Notes: generated from the sequence alone by a model not told the origin. Shown: positions 18,169-28,642, counted from the stretch's first letter. The stretch: 64,000 bases of DNA from Halodesulfurarchaeum sp. HSR-GB (GCF_031432215.1 NZ_JAVKGN010000001.1:1167421-1231420); one strand, 5' to 3'. Made by a program: numbers and translations.

Positions 18169-20235
18169 ATGAGCAACGATCCTACGAGCGATCCCCCCCG
18201 CGACGACGCCCCGATCCGGAAGCGGGAGGACCGTCCGTCCGGTGAGGACACGCCGGCGGAGGGCGATTCGGTCCCGCTTTCGGAGGACCTCGGGAGCGAA
18301 GTTGACGTCGAAGGGGACCTCACGATCGACGAGGACGCCGCGGAGGACGACCTCCTCGGTGGCCTGCGAATCGACTCGACGGCCGACATCGAGGTGCCCG
18401 AACGGCTCGTCGATCAGGTCATCGGGCAGGAAGAGGCCCGGGAGATCGTCAAACGGGCCGCCAAACAGCACCGTCACGTGATGATGATCGGCTCCCCGGG
18501 GACCGGGAAGTCGATGCTCGCAAAGGCGATGAGCCGCCTGCTCCCTCAGGAGAGCCTGCAGGACGTTCTGGTCTATCACAATCCTGATGACTCCAACGAA
18601 CCGCGGGTCAGGACCGTGCCCGCGGGCAAAGGCGATCAGATCGTCGAGGCCCACCAGGAGGAGGCCCAGAAGCGCAAGCAGATGCGCTCGTTTTTGATGT
18701 GGATCGTCATCGCGATCATCGTCGGGTACGCCATCCTGATCGCCGGCCAGGTCCTCCTGGGCCTGCTGGCTGCGGGTGTCATCTACTTCGCCTTCCGGTA
18801 CACGAACCGGGGCACCGACGCGATGGTTCCCAAGCTCCTGGTCAACAACGGCGAGCGGTCGATCGCACCCTTCGAGGACGCCACGGGTGCCCACGCCGGG
18901 GCCCTGCTGGGTGACGTCCGCCACGACCCGTTCCAGTCCGGGGGCATGGAGACCCCGAGCCACGAGCGCGTCGAGGCGGGCTCCATCCAGAAAGCCCACA
19001 AGGGCGTGCTGTTCATCGACGAGATCAACACCCTGGACATCCGGTCCCAGCAGAAGCTGATGACCGCGATCCAGGAGGGCGAGTTCTCGATCACCGGCCA
19101 GTCCGAGCGCTCCTCGGGGGCCATGGTCCAGACCGAACCCGTGCCGTGTGACTTCATCATGGTCGCGGCGGGGAACATGGACGCGATGGAGAACATGCAC
19201 CCGGCGCTTCGTGACCGCCTGAAGGGCTATGGCTATGAGGTCTACATGGAGGACTCCATCGACGAGACGCCCACGACCCGGCGGCAATACGCCCGCTTCG
19301 TGGCCCAGGAGGTCGAGAAAGACGGCCGCCTGCCACACTTCCAGCCCGATGCGGTCCGGGAGATCATCCTGGAGGCCAAACGACGGTCCGGCCGGAAGGG
19401 CCAGTTGACCCTCAAACTTCGTGATCTGGGTGGCCTCGTCCGTGTGGCCGGGGACATCGCCAAGGCCGAGAACGCCGAATTCGTGGACCGTGAGCACGTC
19501 CTGGAGGCGAAAAAGCGCTCGCGCTCGATCGAACAGCAGTTCGCCGATGACTACATCGAGCGGCGCAAGGACTACGAACTCAAGGTCAACGAGGGCAGCG
19601 CGGTCGGCCGGGTCAACGGCCTGGCAGTCATGGGCGGCGACTCCGGGATCGTGCTCCCCGTCATGGCCGAGGTCACGCCCCGCCAGGGTGAGGGCGGTGA
19701 AGTCATCGCCACCGGCCAACTCAAGGAGATGGCGATGGAAGCCGTGCAGAACGTCTCCGCGATCATCAAGAAGTTCTCCGACGAGGACATCTCCGAGAAG
19801 GACATCCACGTGCAGTTCATCCAGACACAGGGCGTGGAGGGCGATTCGGCCTCCATCACCGTCGCGACGGCGGTCATCTCGGCCCTGGAGAACATCCCGA
19901 TCGAGCAGGACCTCGCGATGACCGGGTCGCTCTCGGTCCGTGGGGACGTCCTCCCGGTCGGCGGTGTGACCCACAAGATCGAGGCCGCCGCAAAGGCCGG
20001 CTACGATCGGGTGATCATTCCCAAGGCCAACGAGCAGGACGTGATGATCGAGGAGGAGTACGAGGAGATGATCGAGATCATCCCCGTCTCACACATCAGC
20101 GAAGTGCTCGACGTGGCGCTGGCCGGCGAACCCGAGAAGGACTCGCTGGTCGATCGGCTGAAGTCGATCACCGGGCAGGCCCTCGAAGCCACCGAGGGGA
20201 CCACGGCGACCGGGGCCAACCCCTCCCCACAGTAG
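18169..20235 (+). CDS. lonB: Archaeal membrane-bound ATP-dependent Lon protease (LonB)
   Basis: AAA+ Walker A GSPGTGKS, membrane insertion in the ATPase domain (IVIAIIVGYAILIAGQVLLGLLAAGVIYF), C-terminal Lon protease domain with a Ser-Lys dyad region. Confidence 0.9.
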   Translation: MSNDPTSDPPRDDAPIRKREDRPSGEDTPAEGDSVPLSEDLGSEVDVEGDLTIDEDAAEDDLLGGLRIDSTADIEVPERLVDQVIGQEEAREIVKRAAKQHRHVMMIGSPGTGKSMLAKAMSRLLPQESLQDVLVYHNPDDSNEPRVRTVPAGKGDQIVEAHQEEAQKRKQMRSFLMWIVIAIIVGYAILIAGQVLLGLLAAGVIYFAFRYTNRGTDAMVPKLLVNNGERSIAPFEDATGAHAGALLGDVRHDPFQSGGMETPSHERVEAGSIQKAHKGVLFIDEINTLDIRSQQKLMTAIQEGEFSITGQSERSSGAMVQTEPVPCDFIMVAAGNMDAMENMHPALRDRLKGYGYEVYMEDSIDETPTTRRQYARFVAQEVEKDGRLPHFQPDAVREIILEAKRRSGRKGQLTLKLRDLGGLVRVAGDIAKAENAEFVDREHVLEAKKRSRSIEQQFADDYIERRKDYELKVNEGSAVGRVNGLAVMGGDSGIVLPVMAEVTPRQGEGGEVIATGQLKEMAMEAVQNVSAIIKKFSDEDISEKDIHVQFIQTQGVEGDSASITVATAVISALENIPIEQDLAMTGSLSVRGDVLPVGGVTHKIEAAAKAGYDRVIIPKANEQDVMIEEEYEEMIEIIPVSHISEVLDVALAGEPEKDSLVDRLKSITGQALEATEGTTATGANPSPQ

Positions 20236-20272
20236 GGGACCTTCTTCTTTCCGGCCTGCATAGTGATATTCG

Positions 20273-20962
20273 ATGCCGACCCCGGCCTGGAGCACGTTCG
20301 TCGTGTTTGCAGTACTTCTCACAGCTGCCGTGGCCGTCCTCGCGCGCCGCTCGGCCCAACTCCTGGACGAATCAATCGAGGTCGGTCGAGTGGCCCTTTA
20401 CGCGAACCTCGCCGCAACTCAGGCGCTCCTGCTTGGTGCGGTCTGGCTCTTGCTAACCTGGACGAACGTCCCAGTCGAGACGCTTGGTGTGACCGACCGT
20501 CCGACGATCCTCGCCCTGGTGGCACTCACAGTCGCACTCGTGGCGTTAAACGAAGGTGCATCGAATCTGACGGCGGACACTGACAATCCGCTACGCGCAC
20601 TTCTCACTCCGGAACGGCCCCTGGAGTGGCTCGTCCTCGCGGGTATCGTGCTCCCGGTCATCGTGATCAGCGAGGAGGTGCTGTTTCGCGGGGTGTTAAT
20701 CGGCGGGCTGGCGGCGGGAACGGGAATCCACCCGGCAGTTTTGATCGTCGGCTCCGGGCTGCTATTCGGGCTGGCCCACACGGCCCAGGGCCGACTGGGG
20801 ATGCTGGTCGCTTCGACCCTCGGGGTCGCGCTCGGCGTGGCCTTCTGGCTCAGTGGGAGTCTCTGGCTCGTAATCCTCGCACACTACCTGGTCGATCTCG
20901 TGGAGTTCCTCCGGCACGCGAGATTCAGTTACGGCTCTCGATTCGCTGGAGGGTCTGTCTGA
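20273..20962 (+). CDS. CPBP-family intramembrane metalloprotease (Abi/CAAX protease-like)
   Basis: EExxxR motif (SEEVLFRGVLIGG), FGLAHT and HYLVD motifs. Immediately downstream of lonB, as in the lonB-abi operon known from Haloferax. Confidence 0.8.
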   Translation: MPTPAWSTFVVFAVLLTAAVAVLARRSAQLLDESIEVGRVALYANLAATQALLLGAVWLLLTWTNVPVETLGVTDRPTILALVALTVALVALNEGASNLTADTDNPLRALLTPERPLEWLVLAGIVLPVIVISEEVLFRGVLIGGLAAGTGIHPAVLIVGSGLLFGLAHTAQGRLGMLVASTLGVALGVAFWLSGSLWLVILAHYLVDLVEFLRHARFSYGSRFAGGSV

Positions 20963-21386
20963 TGGCCGGCGGGGTACCACCGTCAATACCGGTGACGCGG
21001 TGGTCCGGAATCAAGATCGGCACCGGATTCTCCGCGAGCGCCGTTCTGGCGGTTTCCATGTCGGACTCCTCGGCCGGATCGAGCCCTGGCGTGTGTGCGA
21101 CCAGTCGATCGAGCGGGAACTGTTCCCCGTAGGGAATCTCCCGCACGCGTTCGAGGACGGCCCGCTGGTCAGTCGGCACGGTCAATCCCACGTCGATCTC
21201 GGTCACGTCCGTGTGCTCGCCGTCGAGGTATCCCTCGATCCAGTCTAGAATTTCGTGGTCCGCAGTGGCACTCGGGTCCGGCGTCTCGGGGAAGGACAGG
21301 GAGATCACTCGCCGGTTCGCCACGCCGATCTGAACGAACCGATCGATGGACGCCACGTTCCTGGCGTAGATCCCAGCACCTGGCAT
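20925..21386 (-). CDS. MGMT-family (O6-alkylguanine-DNA alkyltransferase-like) protein with catalytic Cys replaced by Asp
   Basis: IPYGEQF...[20 protein letters not shown] aligns to the MGMT PCHRV active-site motif, but the codon is GAC (Asp). Start taken at MPGAG. Confidence 0.6.
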   Translation of the reverse strand: MPGAGIYARNVASIDRFVQIGVANRRVISLSFPETPDPSATADHEILDWIEGYLDGEHTDVTEIDVGLTVPTDQRAVLERVREIPYGEQFPLDRLVAHTPGLDPAEESDMETARTALAENPVPILIPDHRVTGIDGGTPPAIRQTLQRIESRN

Positions 21387-21470
21387 GGGACTGGATTCGC
21401 CGAGACCGCCCTTGAACGTTGGCCTGGAGTCACAACAGTTATGTACACATCCGTCCATCAATGGACAATA

Positions 21471-22235
21471 ATGGGTACTACAAAGCAGCCCGGACGTGAG
21501 CTCGCGCCGGCAGTTCGCGAGCTCCTCGCGGCCGCGTCGGAGCGCTCCCGTGGCGACGAACGCGTGTCAGTCGAAGCCCGCTCGCTTCCGGGGGCTTTCG
21601 AACGAGCGCGAACCGAGGGCCGAACGCCGCTGATCGCCGAAGTGAAGCCGACCAGCCCGACCGCGAGCTACGAGAACCACGTCGATCCGGTCGCGGCGGC
21701 CGAATCGATGGTCGCCGGCGGGGCCAGCGCCATCTCGGTGCTCACCGAACCCGACCACTTCGGCGGGTCGATCGAAGCGCTCCAGGCAGTGCGGGAGGCG
21801 GTTTCGGTGCCAGTTCTCCGGAAGGACTTCCTCCTCCGGGAGGCCCAACTCGACGCGGTCGCCGCCGACGCAGTGTTGCTGATTGCCCGGTTTCTGGACG
21901 ACCTAGACGGGATGATCGAGGCGGCCCGCGACCGTGGGATGACCCCGCTGGTCGAGACCCACACCCGGGACGAAATCGAGACGGCTCTCGCGGCCGGTGC
22001 CGAGGTGATCGGCGTGAATAACCGTGATCTCGCCAGCCTGACCGTCGATCGCTCGACCGTCGAACGACTGGCACCGGCAGTACCGGATTCGGCGACGCTG
22101 ATCGCCGAGAGCGGAATCCAGACGACCGAGCACCGCGATACCATGCTCGGTGCCGGGGCCGACGGTTTGCTCGTGGGGTCGGCGATCATGGACGGGGACA
22201 TCGAGGCGAACACCCGGAGGCTGGTCGCCCGATGA
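21471..22235 (+). CDS. trpC: Indole-3-glycerol phosphate synthase
   Basis: [36 protein letters not shown] motifs. An alternative in-frame ATG lies at 21441. Confidence 0.85.
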   Translation: MGTTKQPGRELAPAVRELLAAASERSRGDERVSVEARSLPGAFERARTEGRTPLIAEVKPTSPTASYENHVDPVAAAESMVAGGASAISVLTEPDHFGGSIEALQAVREAVSVPVLRKDFLLREAQLDAVAADAVLLIARFLDDLDGMIEAARDRGMTPLVETHTRDEIETALAAGAEVIGVNNRDLASLTVDRSTVERLAPAVPDSATLIAESGIQTTEHRDTMLGAGADGLLVGSAIMDGDIEANTRRLVAR

Positions 22236-23455
22236 GCCAGCACCGCTTTGGCTCGTATGGCGGCCAGTACGTTCCAGAAGTGTTGATGCCGGCCGTCCAG
22301 GAACTGGAATCGGCCTACGAACGCTACGTCCTGGAGAACGAGGACGGGTTCATGGACGAGTTCCGCGAGCGTCTGCGGGACTTCGGTGGCCGACCGACCC
22401 CGCTCCAGCGGGCCGACCGGCTCAGCGAGGAGTACGACACCGAGGTGTACCTCAAGCGCGAGGACCTCCTGCACGGCGGGGCCCACAAGCTCAACAACGC
22501 CCTCGGACAGGTGCTTCTGGCCCAGTACATGGGCAAAGACCGGATCATCGCCGAGACGGGGGCCGGCCAGCACGGCACCGCCGTGGCGATGGCCTGTGCC
22601 CACCTGGACATCGACTGTGAGATCTACATGGGCCGGACGGACATCCGTCGCCAGCGGCCCAACGTCTTCCGAATGGTGACCCACGACGCGACGGTCAACC
22701 CCGTCGACGAGGGCTCGGGCACGCTAAAGGAGGCCATCAACGCCACCATGCGGGACTGGGCGACGAACGTCGAGGACACCCACTACGTGATCGGCTCCGT
22801 CGTGGGGCCGCACCCGTTCCCGAGCATGGTTCGGGACTTCCAGGCCGTCATCTCCGAGGAGGCCCGCGAGCAGGCCATCGAAACCATCGGGGACCTTCCG
22901 GGCACCGTCCTGGCCTGTGCCGGCGGCGGGTCGAACACGATGGGCTCCTTCCAGCATTTCCGGTCGGATCCGGTCGAGTTGATCGCGGCCGAAGCGGGTG
23001 GGGAATCACTCACCGTCAACGAATCCGAAGAGTACGCCCCCCACTCGGCCTCGCTCGCCACGGGGACCGACGGCGTGCTCCACGGCGCACACACCAGGCT
23101 CCTCCAGACCGAGACGGGCCAGATCGTCGAGTCACACAGCGTGAGTGCGGGCCTGGATTACGCCGGGGTGGGCCCGGAACTGGCCCACATGGTCGAAACT
23201 GGCCGGGTCGAGCCAGTCTCGGTCGGCGACGAGGCGGCTCTTCGGGCCTTCCATCACCTTTCCCGGGCCGAGGGGATCATCCCGGCCCTGGAGAGCAGCC
23301 ACGCCCTCGCGGCGCTCGAAGAACGGGACTTCGCCGACCCGGTGATCGTGACCGTCTCGGGCCGGGGGGACAAGGACCTGGATACCGTGATCGAGGAGTC
23401 GGATCGTCGCGATCTCGATGCCGCGCCGGACATGGAGGTGTTCTCCCATGAGTGA
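22232..23455 (+). CDS. trpB: Tryptophan synthase beta subunit
   Basis: Strong TrpB signature ([26 protein letters not shown]). Start overlaps the trpC stop. Confidence 0.95.
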   Translation: MSQHRFGSYGGQYVPEVLMPAVQELESAYERYVLENEDGFMDEFRERLRDFGGRPTPLQRADRLSEEYDTEVYLKREDLLHGGAHKLNNALGQVLLAQYMGKDRIIAETGAGQHGTAVAMACAHLDIDCEIYMGRTDIRRQRPNVFRMVTHDATVNPVDEGSGTLKEAINATMRDWATNVEDTHYVIGSVVGPHPFPSMVRDFQAVISEEAREQAIETIGDLPGTVLACAGGGSNTMGSFQHFRSDPVELIAAEAGGESLTVNESEEYAPHSASLATGTDGVLHGAHTRLLQTETGQIVESHSVSAGLDYAGVGPELAHMVETGRVEPVSVGDEAALRAFHHLSRAEGIIPALESSHALAALEERDFADPVIVTVSGRGDKDLDTVIEESDRRDLDAAPDMEVFSHE

Positions 23456-24233
23456 AGAATCGATCCGTGCGGCCTTCGAGGGCGGGGCCCTGGTGCCCTA
23501 CATCGTCGCCGGGGATCCGACCCCGGAAGCGACGGCCCGATACGCCGACGCACTGGTCGAGGGTGGGGCGGACGTGCTCGAACTCGGGTTACCGTTCTCG
23601 GAACCTGTCGCAGACGGCCCGACCATTCAGGCCGGTATTAGACGGGCGCTCGACGCCGGCATGACACCCCAACGGTTCCTCGATCTGGTTGCGGACCTCG
23701 ACGTGGACATCCCTGTGGTGGCGATGACCTACTACAACATGCTCTACCGGTACGGCGACGGCGACGTCCGGGAGTTCGTCGCCGATGCCGCCAATGCGGG
23801 GCTCTCTGGGCTCATCGTCCCGGACCTGCCGGTCGAAGAGAGTGCGGAGCTGGCTGCTGCGTGTGACGCGAACGACCTCGCACTCGTGTTTATCGTGGCC
23901 CCAACCACTACCGAGGAACGGCTGGAGTCTATCGTCGACCGGGCGACTGGCTTCCTCTATGTGCAGGCCCGGATGGGCACGACCGGTGCGCGGACCGACG
24001 TGAGCGACGAGACGACCCGCTCGCTCGCCCGACTGCCCGAGACGGAGATTCCGACGGCGGTCGGCTTCGGCGTGAGCACCCAGGATCAGGCGCGGGAGAT
24101 CGTCGCCGGTGGGGCGGACGGGGTCGTCGCCGGGAGCGTCTTCGTGGACATCGTTGCGGATGGGGAGGCCGTTCCAGAACGGCTGGCGGAGACGGCGGCC
24201 GAGTTGGCCGCGGGCGTCGCGGCGGGCCGATAA
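23448..24233 (+). CDS. trpA: Tryptophan synthase alpha subunit
   Basis: TIM-barrel TrpA motifs ([28 protein letters not shown]). ATG at 23448 overlaps the trpB stop. Confidence 0.9.
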   Translation: MSEESIRAAFEGGALVPYIVAGDPTPEATARYADALVEGGADVLELGLPFSEPVADGPTIQAGIRRALDAGMTPQRFLDLVADLDVDIPVVAMTYYNMLYRYGDGDVREFVADAANAGLSGLIVPDLPVEESAELAAACDANDLALVFIVAPTTTEERLESIVDRATGFLYVQARMGTTGARTDVSDETTRSLARLPETEIPTAVGFGVSTQDQAREIVAGGADGVVAGSVFVDIVADGEAVPERLAETAAELAAGVAAGR

Positions 24234-24273
24234 ACCGGAACGAACATACCCACCCGCTTGCTATCCCCTGGCA

Positions 24274-25068
24274 ATGTCTACAGGGGTCGAAGCGCGATTG
24301 ACACGACTCGGGCGCGACGGCAAGTTCGTCACCGTCCCGATGGACCACGGCATCACCATGGGGGCAGTCGACGGGCTCAAAGACATCGAGTCGACCATCG
24401 CCGACGTCACCGAGGGCGGGGCCGACGCCGTCCTCACTCAGAAGGGACTGGCCGATCGGGTCTACCCGAACCGCCACGACGCGGGCTATCTCGTTCATCT
24501 CAATGGCTCGACGGAGATCGGCCCCGACGAGGCCGAGAAGCGCCAGACGGCGACCGTCGAGGAGGCCGTGCGGCTGGGTGCCGACGGCGTCTCCTTTCAC
24601 ATCAACGTCGGCAGCGACCACGAACCGGACCAGATCGAGGCGCTTTCCAACGTGACCGAACGGGCCCACCAACTGGGGATGCCGGTCCTCGCGATGGCGT
24701 ACGCTCGTGGCCCGGGCATCGACGAACACGACGCCACGAACCTGGGGCATGCCGTCAGGTTGGCCGAGGAACTCGGGGCCGATATCATCAAGACTGCCTA
24801 CTCCGGGGACCCGGAGAGTTTCGAACACGTCGTCGAGTCGACGAGCAAACCCGTCATCATCGCCGGTGGCAGTCCGTCCAGCGACCGTGAGACGCTCGAA
24901 ACCGTCCAGGATGCGGTCTCGGTCGGTGGGGCCGGCGTCTCGATGGGCCGAACGATCTTTCAGCATCCCGACCCCTACGCCATCTCTTCGGCTATCGCGG
25001 CCGTCGTCCACGAGGGCTTTGCCATCGACGTGGCGATGGACCGATTCGACCTGCCGATCGAGCCCTGA
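24274..25068 (+). CDS. 2-amino-3,7-dideoxy-D-threo-hept-6-ulosonate (ADH) synthase, class I aldolase-like (archaeal aroA')
   Basis: DeoC/FbaB-type aldolase motifs (IIKTAYSG lysine region, PVIIAGG). Located between trpA and the DHQ synthase II gene. Confidence 0.75.
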   Translation: MSTGVEARLTRLGRDGKFVTVPMDHGITMGAVDGLKDIESTIADVTEGGADAVLTQKGLADRVYPNRHDAGYLVHLNGSTEIGPDEAEKRQTATVEEAVRLGADGVSFHINVGSDHEPDQIEALSNVTERAHQLGMPVLAMAYARGPGIDEHDATNLGHAVRLAEELGADIIKTAYSGDPESFEHVVESTSKPVIIAGGSPSSDRETLETVQDAVSVGGAGVSMGRTIFQHPDPYAISSAIAAVVHEGFAIDVAMDRFDLPIEP

Positions 25069-25114
25069 GTTTCGGTCCGGCACGTTCAAGGCGGGGCCCC
25101 GTGTGTGACCGGGT

Positions 25115-26278
25115 ATGACACGGAGCGTCTGGCTCAAGGCCGACGACGAGGTCGGCGACTGGGAGCAACGCAAGCGACGGATCACCGCCGGGCTCGAGGC
25201 CGGCGTCGACTGGATTCTCGTCGACGAGTGGGACGTCGACCGGGTCCGCGAACTGGGCGAGATGAACGTCGCCGCCTTCGTCACCGACGACGTCGACGTG
25301 ATCGGCGACGACGCCGAGGCCGCCGGCGAGGCCGACCGCTACGTGGTCGGCAAGGACGGCGAGGGCGACGGGACGATCGACCTGCCGACTGACTTTTCTG
25401 GATCAGCGGACCTCTCCACGCTTCGCCGTGACGGTGCGAGCGGGGCCTACGTGCGGATCTACGACCCGGACTACGAGACTTTCGCCGAGAAGGCGGCCGA
25501 GGAGTCCGAATTCACGATCGTCGTGGGCGAGGACTGGCAGATTATTCCCCTGGAGAACCTCATCGCCCGAATCGGCGACTCGACGGATCTCATCGCGGGT
25601 GTGACGACCGCCGAGGAGGCAAAGACCGCCTTCGAGACCCTGGAGATGGGTGCGAGCGGGGTCCTGCTGGACACCGACGACCCGGACGAGATCCGGGAGA
25701 CCGTCGCAGTCCGGGACGACTTCGACCGCGAGCAACTGGACCTGGAGTACGCCACGGTCAGCGCCATCGAACCCGCCGGCAGCGCGGATCGGGTCTGTGT
25801 GGACACGGGCAGTCTCTTCGACCACGACGAGGGGATGTTGATCGGGAGCATGTCACGCGGACTCTTCTTCGTCCACGCCGAGACTGCCGAATCACCGTAC
25901 GTCGCCTCCCGTCCCTTCCGGGTCAACGCGGGCGCGGTCCATGCCTACGCCCGCCTCCCGGACGGCTCGACGACGTATCTCTCCGAACTCGGGAGTGGCG
26001 ACGAGGTGCAGGTCGTCGATACGGATGGACAGACCCGCGAGGCCGTCGTCGGCCGGGCCAAGATCGAGCGCCGGCCGATGTTCCGGCTGGAAGCCGAAAC
26101 CGAAAGCGGCGACCGGATCGAGACGCTCATCCAGAACGCAGAAACCATCAAGGTCCACGCCAAGACCGGGCGCAAAGCCGTCACCGACCTGGAAGCCGGA
26201 GACGAGGTGCTGGTCTACACCCAGCCGGGTGGCCGGCACTTCGGGGAGTCCATCGACGAGCGCATTATCGAGAAGTAA
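25115..26278 (+). CDS. 3-dehydroquinate synthase II (archaeal aroB')
   Basis: Family-typical N-terminus (VWLKADDEV...) and overall similarity to archaeal DHQ synthase type II. Follows the ADH synthase gene. Confidence 0.8.
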   Translation: MTRSVWLKADDEVGDWEQRKRRITAGLEAGVDWILVDEWDVDRVRELGEMNVAAFVTDDVDVIGDDAEAAGEADRYVVGKDGEGDGTIDLPTDFSGSADLSTLRRDGASGAYVRIYDPDYETFAEKAAEESEFTIVVGEDWQIIPLENLIARIGDSTDLIAGVTTAEEAKTAFETLEMGASGVLLDTDDPDEIRETVAVRDDFDREQLDLEYATVSAIEPAGSADRVCVDTGSLFDHDEGMLIGSMSRGLFFVHAETAESPYVASRPFRVNAGAVHAYARLPDGSTTYLSELGSGDEVQVVDTDGQTREAVVGRAKIERRPMFRLEAETESGDRIETLIQNAETIKVHAKTGRKAVTDLEAGDEVLVYTQPGGRHFGESIDERIIEK

Positions 26279-26659
26279 TTAGCGGTCGGACCTGTTTTCG
26301 GCGTCCTCCAGCCGGGTGGTACACCACGGACAGAAGTCCAGTTCCGGGTCGAGTTCCTTTCCACACTCCGGGCAGGTGTTCGCTTCGGGTGCCTCGGCTT
26401 GGGCCGCCTTCGTTGCCTGCTGTAATCCGGTGAGATAGGCGTCGATGGCGTTGAGCACCCGGACGACGAGCATGCTCAGAACCGCTTCGGTCGGGAGGGT
26501 CCGACTGACCGCCACGAGTCCCGAAAACCCGTCGGTCTCGAAGGCGGTGTAGGCCGATTCGGGCAGCACCATCGCTGCCGCGATCAATGCGACGCCGAAC
26601 CAGGCGATGGCGCGAAACCAGGCCCGGAGGTAGACGTGCCCGAGCCCGGGATAGACCAT
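26279..26659 (-). CDS. Small membrane protein with C-terminal zinc ribbon (CPECG...CPWC)
   Basis: Two hydrophobic helices then NTCPECGKELDPELDFCPWCTT. Start set at the ATG at 26659; the upstream part of the track ORF overlaps aroD and looks non-coding. Confidence 0.45.
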   Translation of the reverse strand: MVYPGLGHVYLRAWFRAIAWFGVALIAAAMVLPESAYTAFETDGFSGLVAVSRTLPTEAVLSMLVVRVLNAIDAYLTGLQQATKAAQAEAPEANTCPECGKELDPELDFCPWCTTRLEDAENRSDR

Positions 26660-26735
26660 TGCCAGTATCGCGGCGACGAGCGACCGTCGCGTGAACCAGG
26701 ACCGCTGCACGAACGAGGGTTGGGTGGGTCGACGG

Positions 26736-27449
26736 TTAAACCTTTGAATCCGCGGGCCGCTCGACACCGAACGTCTCGAGCAGTCCGTCGAGGGTCGCCA
26801 GATCGAACTGCCCGGGGGCCGTGGCGGCCTCGGGATCGATCGGGGCGTACCCGATCTTCGAGCCGTAGAGCGGCGCAATCGCCCGGGAATGTGCCCCAGT
26901 GGCTCCCATCGCCATCGTCGCGACGGTATGGCCACAGGTGGTCAGGTCCTGGGTCGCGGCCAGCAGGTCCAGCACGTCTCCCGGGTCAGTGGCGGTCATG
27001 GCGAGTTTGGCGACCGACCCGAGCCGGCAGCCCCGCTGGGCCAGACCGAGCAGCGTCGCTCTGGAGGGGACCCGCTCGAAGTCGTGGACCGAGACGACGA
27101 CCGGTAGGCCACGCTCCTGGGCCCGGTCCAGGACGGAGCCGAGGTCCGTCCGATCGGTCGGCTCTTCCAGGGCTCGAAGCTCCAGGTCGACCGCCGCGAC
27201 GGCCGGCTCCGAGAGCGCTTCGAGCAGCTGGTCGCGGCGCTCGGGACCGTCTGGATGCTCGCCGCCCTCCCACTCCGGTCGGTTCGTGACCATGATCGGC
27301 AGTTCTCCGTCGTAGGCCGCGAGTGCCGAAAGCGGGTCCGCGGCCAGATCCATCCGGAACTCGAGCAGGTCGGCGTGGGGGCGAGCCGCCGGCTCCGCGT
27401 CCAGGTTCGGCGTCGAGGCCGCCAGGTGAAACGACTCGAACTGCAACAT
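26736..27449 (-). CDS. aroD: 3-dehydroquinate dehydratase, type I
   Basis: Type I DHQase fold motifs (LLEFRMD, PIMVTNRPEWEGG, AMGATG). Convergent with the aro/trp cluster. Confidence 0.8.
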   Translation of the reverse strand: MLQFESFHLAASTPNLDAEPAARPHADLLEFRMDLAADPLSALAAYDGELPIMVTNRPEWEGGEHPDGPERRDQLLEALSEPAVAAVDLELRALEEPTDRTDLGSVLDRAQERGLPVVVSVHDFERVPSRATLLGLAQRGCRLGSVAKLAMTATDPGDVLDLLAATQDLTTCGHTVATMAMGATGAHSRAIAPLYGSKIGYAPIDPEAATAPGQFDLATLDGLLETFGVERPADSKV

Positions 27450-27457
27450 TGGCCGGG

Positions 27458-28408
27458 TTAGACCGGAATCGAGTCCTCGGCTTCGAGGAGTTCGTGATAT
27501 CGGTTGCGGATGGTGACCTCCGAGATGTCCGCGACTTCACTGACCTTTGCCTGTGTGGTCTTCTCGTTGGTGAGCAGGGCGGCCGCATAGACCGCGGCGG
27601 CGGCGAGCCCGACCGGGCTCTTGCCGCTGTGGACGCCCTTCTCCTTGGCGTTCTCCAGCAGTTCCCGGGCCCGATGCTGGGCCTCGTCGCTGAGTTCGAG
27701 TGAGGAGGCAAACCGGGGGACGTAACTCGCGGGATCCGCGGGCTTGACTTCCAGGCCCAGTTCCCGGATCACGTACCGGTAGGTGCGGGCGATCTCGTCC
27801 TTGTCGACCCGGCTGACGTCGTTGATCTCATCGAGGCTGCGGGGCACGCCGGCCTGGCGGGCGGCGGCATAGACACACGAGGTCGCGACGCCCTCGATCG
27901 AACGGCCCGGGAGCAGGTCTTCTTCGAGGGCCCGGCGATAGATCACCGAGGCTGTCTCGCGGACGTTGTCCGGCAGGCCAAGCGCACTGGCCATCCGGTC
28001 GATCTCGCCGAGGGCCTGCTTGAGGTTGCGCTCCTTGGCGTCACGGGTGCGGAAGCGCTCGTTCCACTTGCGCAGGCGCTGCATCTTCTGGCGCTGTCGG
28101 GAGCCAAGGGAGTTGCCGTAGGCGTCCTTGTTCCGCCAGTCGATGTTCGTGGAGAGGCCCTTGTCGTGCATCGTGTTCGTGGTGGGGGCCCCGACCCGGG
28201 ACTTCTCGTCTTTCTCCTGGGAGTCAAAGGCCCGCCACTCGGGCCCGCGGTCGATCCCTTCCTCCTCGACGACCAGGCCACAGTCCGCACAGACCTTCTC
28301 GCTGTGTTCCTCGTCGTGGACGACCAGACCGCCACACTCCGGACAGCTGTCCGTTCGTTCGGGTTCCTCCTCTTCTTTTTCGCGTGATCTGAGAGTTGCG
28401 TTGGGCAT
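27458..28408 (-). CDS. tfb: Transcription initiation factor IIB (TFB)
   Basis: N-terminal zinc ribbon CPECGG...CADCG, B-finger/linker, two cyclin-like repeats, C-terminal HTH. An alternative start is 33 nt upstream (28441). Confidence 0.9.
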   Translation of the reverse strand: MPNATLRSREKEEEEPERTDSCPECGGLVVHDEEHSEKVCADCGLVVEEEGIDRGPEWRAFDSQEKDEKSRVGAPTTNTMHDKGLSTNIDWRNKDAYGNSLGSRQRQKMQRLRKWNERFRTRDAKERNLKQALGEIDRMASALGLPDNVRETASVIYRRALEEDLLPGRSIEGVATSCVYAAARQAGVPRSLDEINDVSRVDKDEIARTYRYVIRELGLEVKPADPASYVPRFASSLELSDEAQHRARELLENAKEKGVHSGKSPVGLAAAAVYAAALLTNEKTTQAKVSEVADISEVTIRNRYHELLEAEDSIPV

Positions 28409-28610
28409 AATTACAAAGTGTATCGGGATTCGGTGACCCATCGGTTTCGACAAAACGTACTTAAGGATTGTGTTTTCTTTCCGTAAAACAACCGTGACAG
28501 ACTCCACTTGACGTCGTTCGACGATGTCGAAACCGTCTCGCGCACCGGCGTGTGAGTAGGTCACGATGTCTCCTAACGGCCGCGTAGGCTGGCTCTGTCC
28601 GGCGTTCTTG

Positions 28611-28642
28611 AGCGACGGGCGAAACTCGTCCCGCCCGTCGCT
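28611..28642. terminator. Perfect 11-bp GC-rich hairpin followed by TTTT
   Basis: agcgacgggcg-aaactcgtcc-cgcccgtcgct, with tttt at 28643-28646. It lies 12 nt downstream of the AglD-like gene stop (28655) and upstream of the tfb promoter region. Confidence 0.4.

Noticed and set aside
18001-19974. 657-aa minus-strand ORF opposite lonB
   Set aside because: Antisense to an unmistakable LonB. Composition-driven open frame.
26279-26935. Full 218-aa version of the zinc-ribbon ORF
   Set aside because: The N-terminal 92 residues are R/P/S-rich, overlap the 3' end of aroD and look non-coding. It was trimmed to the ATG at 26659.
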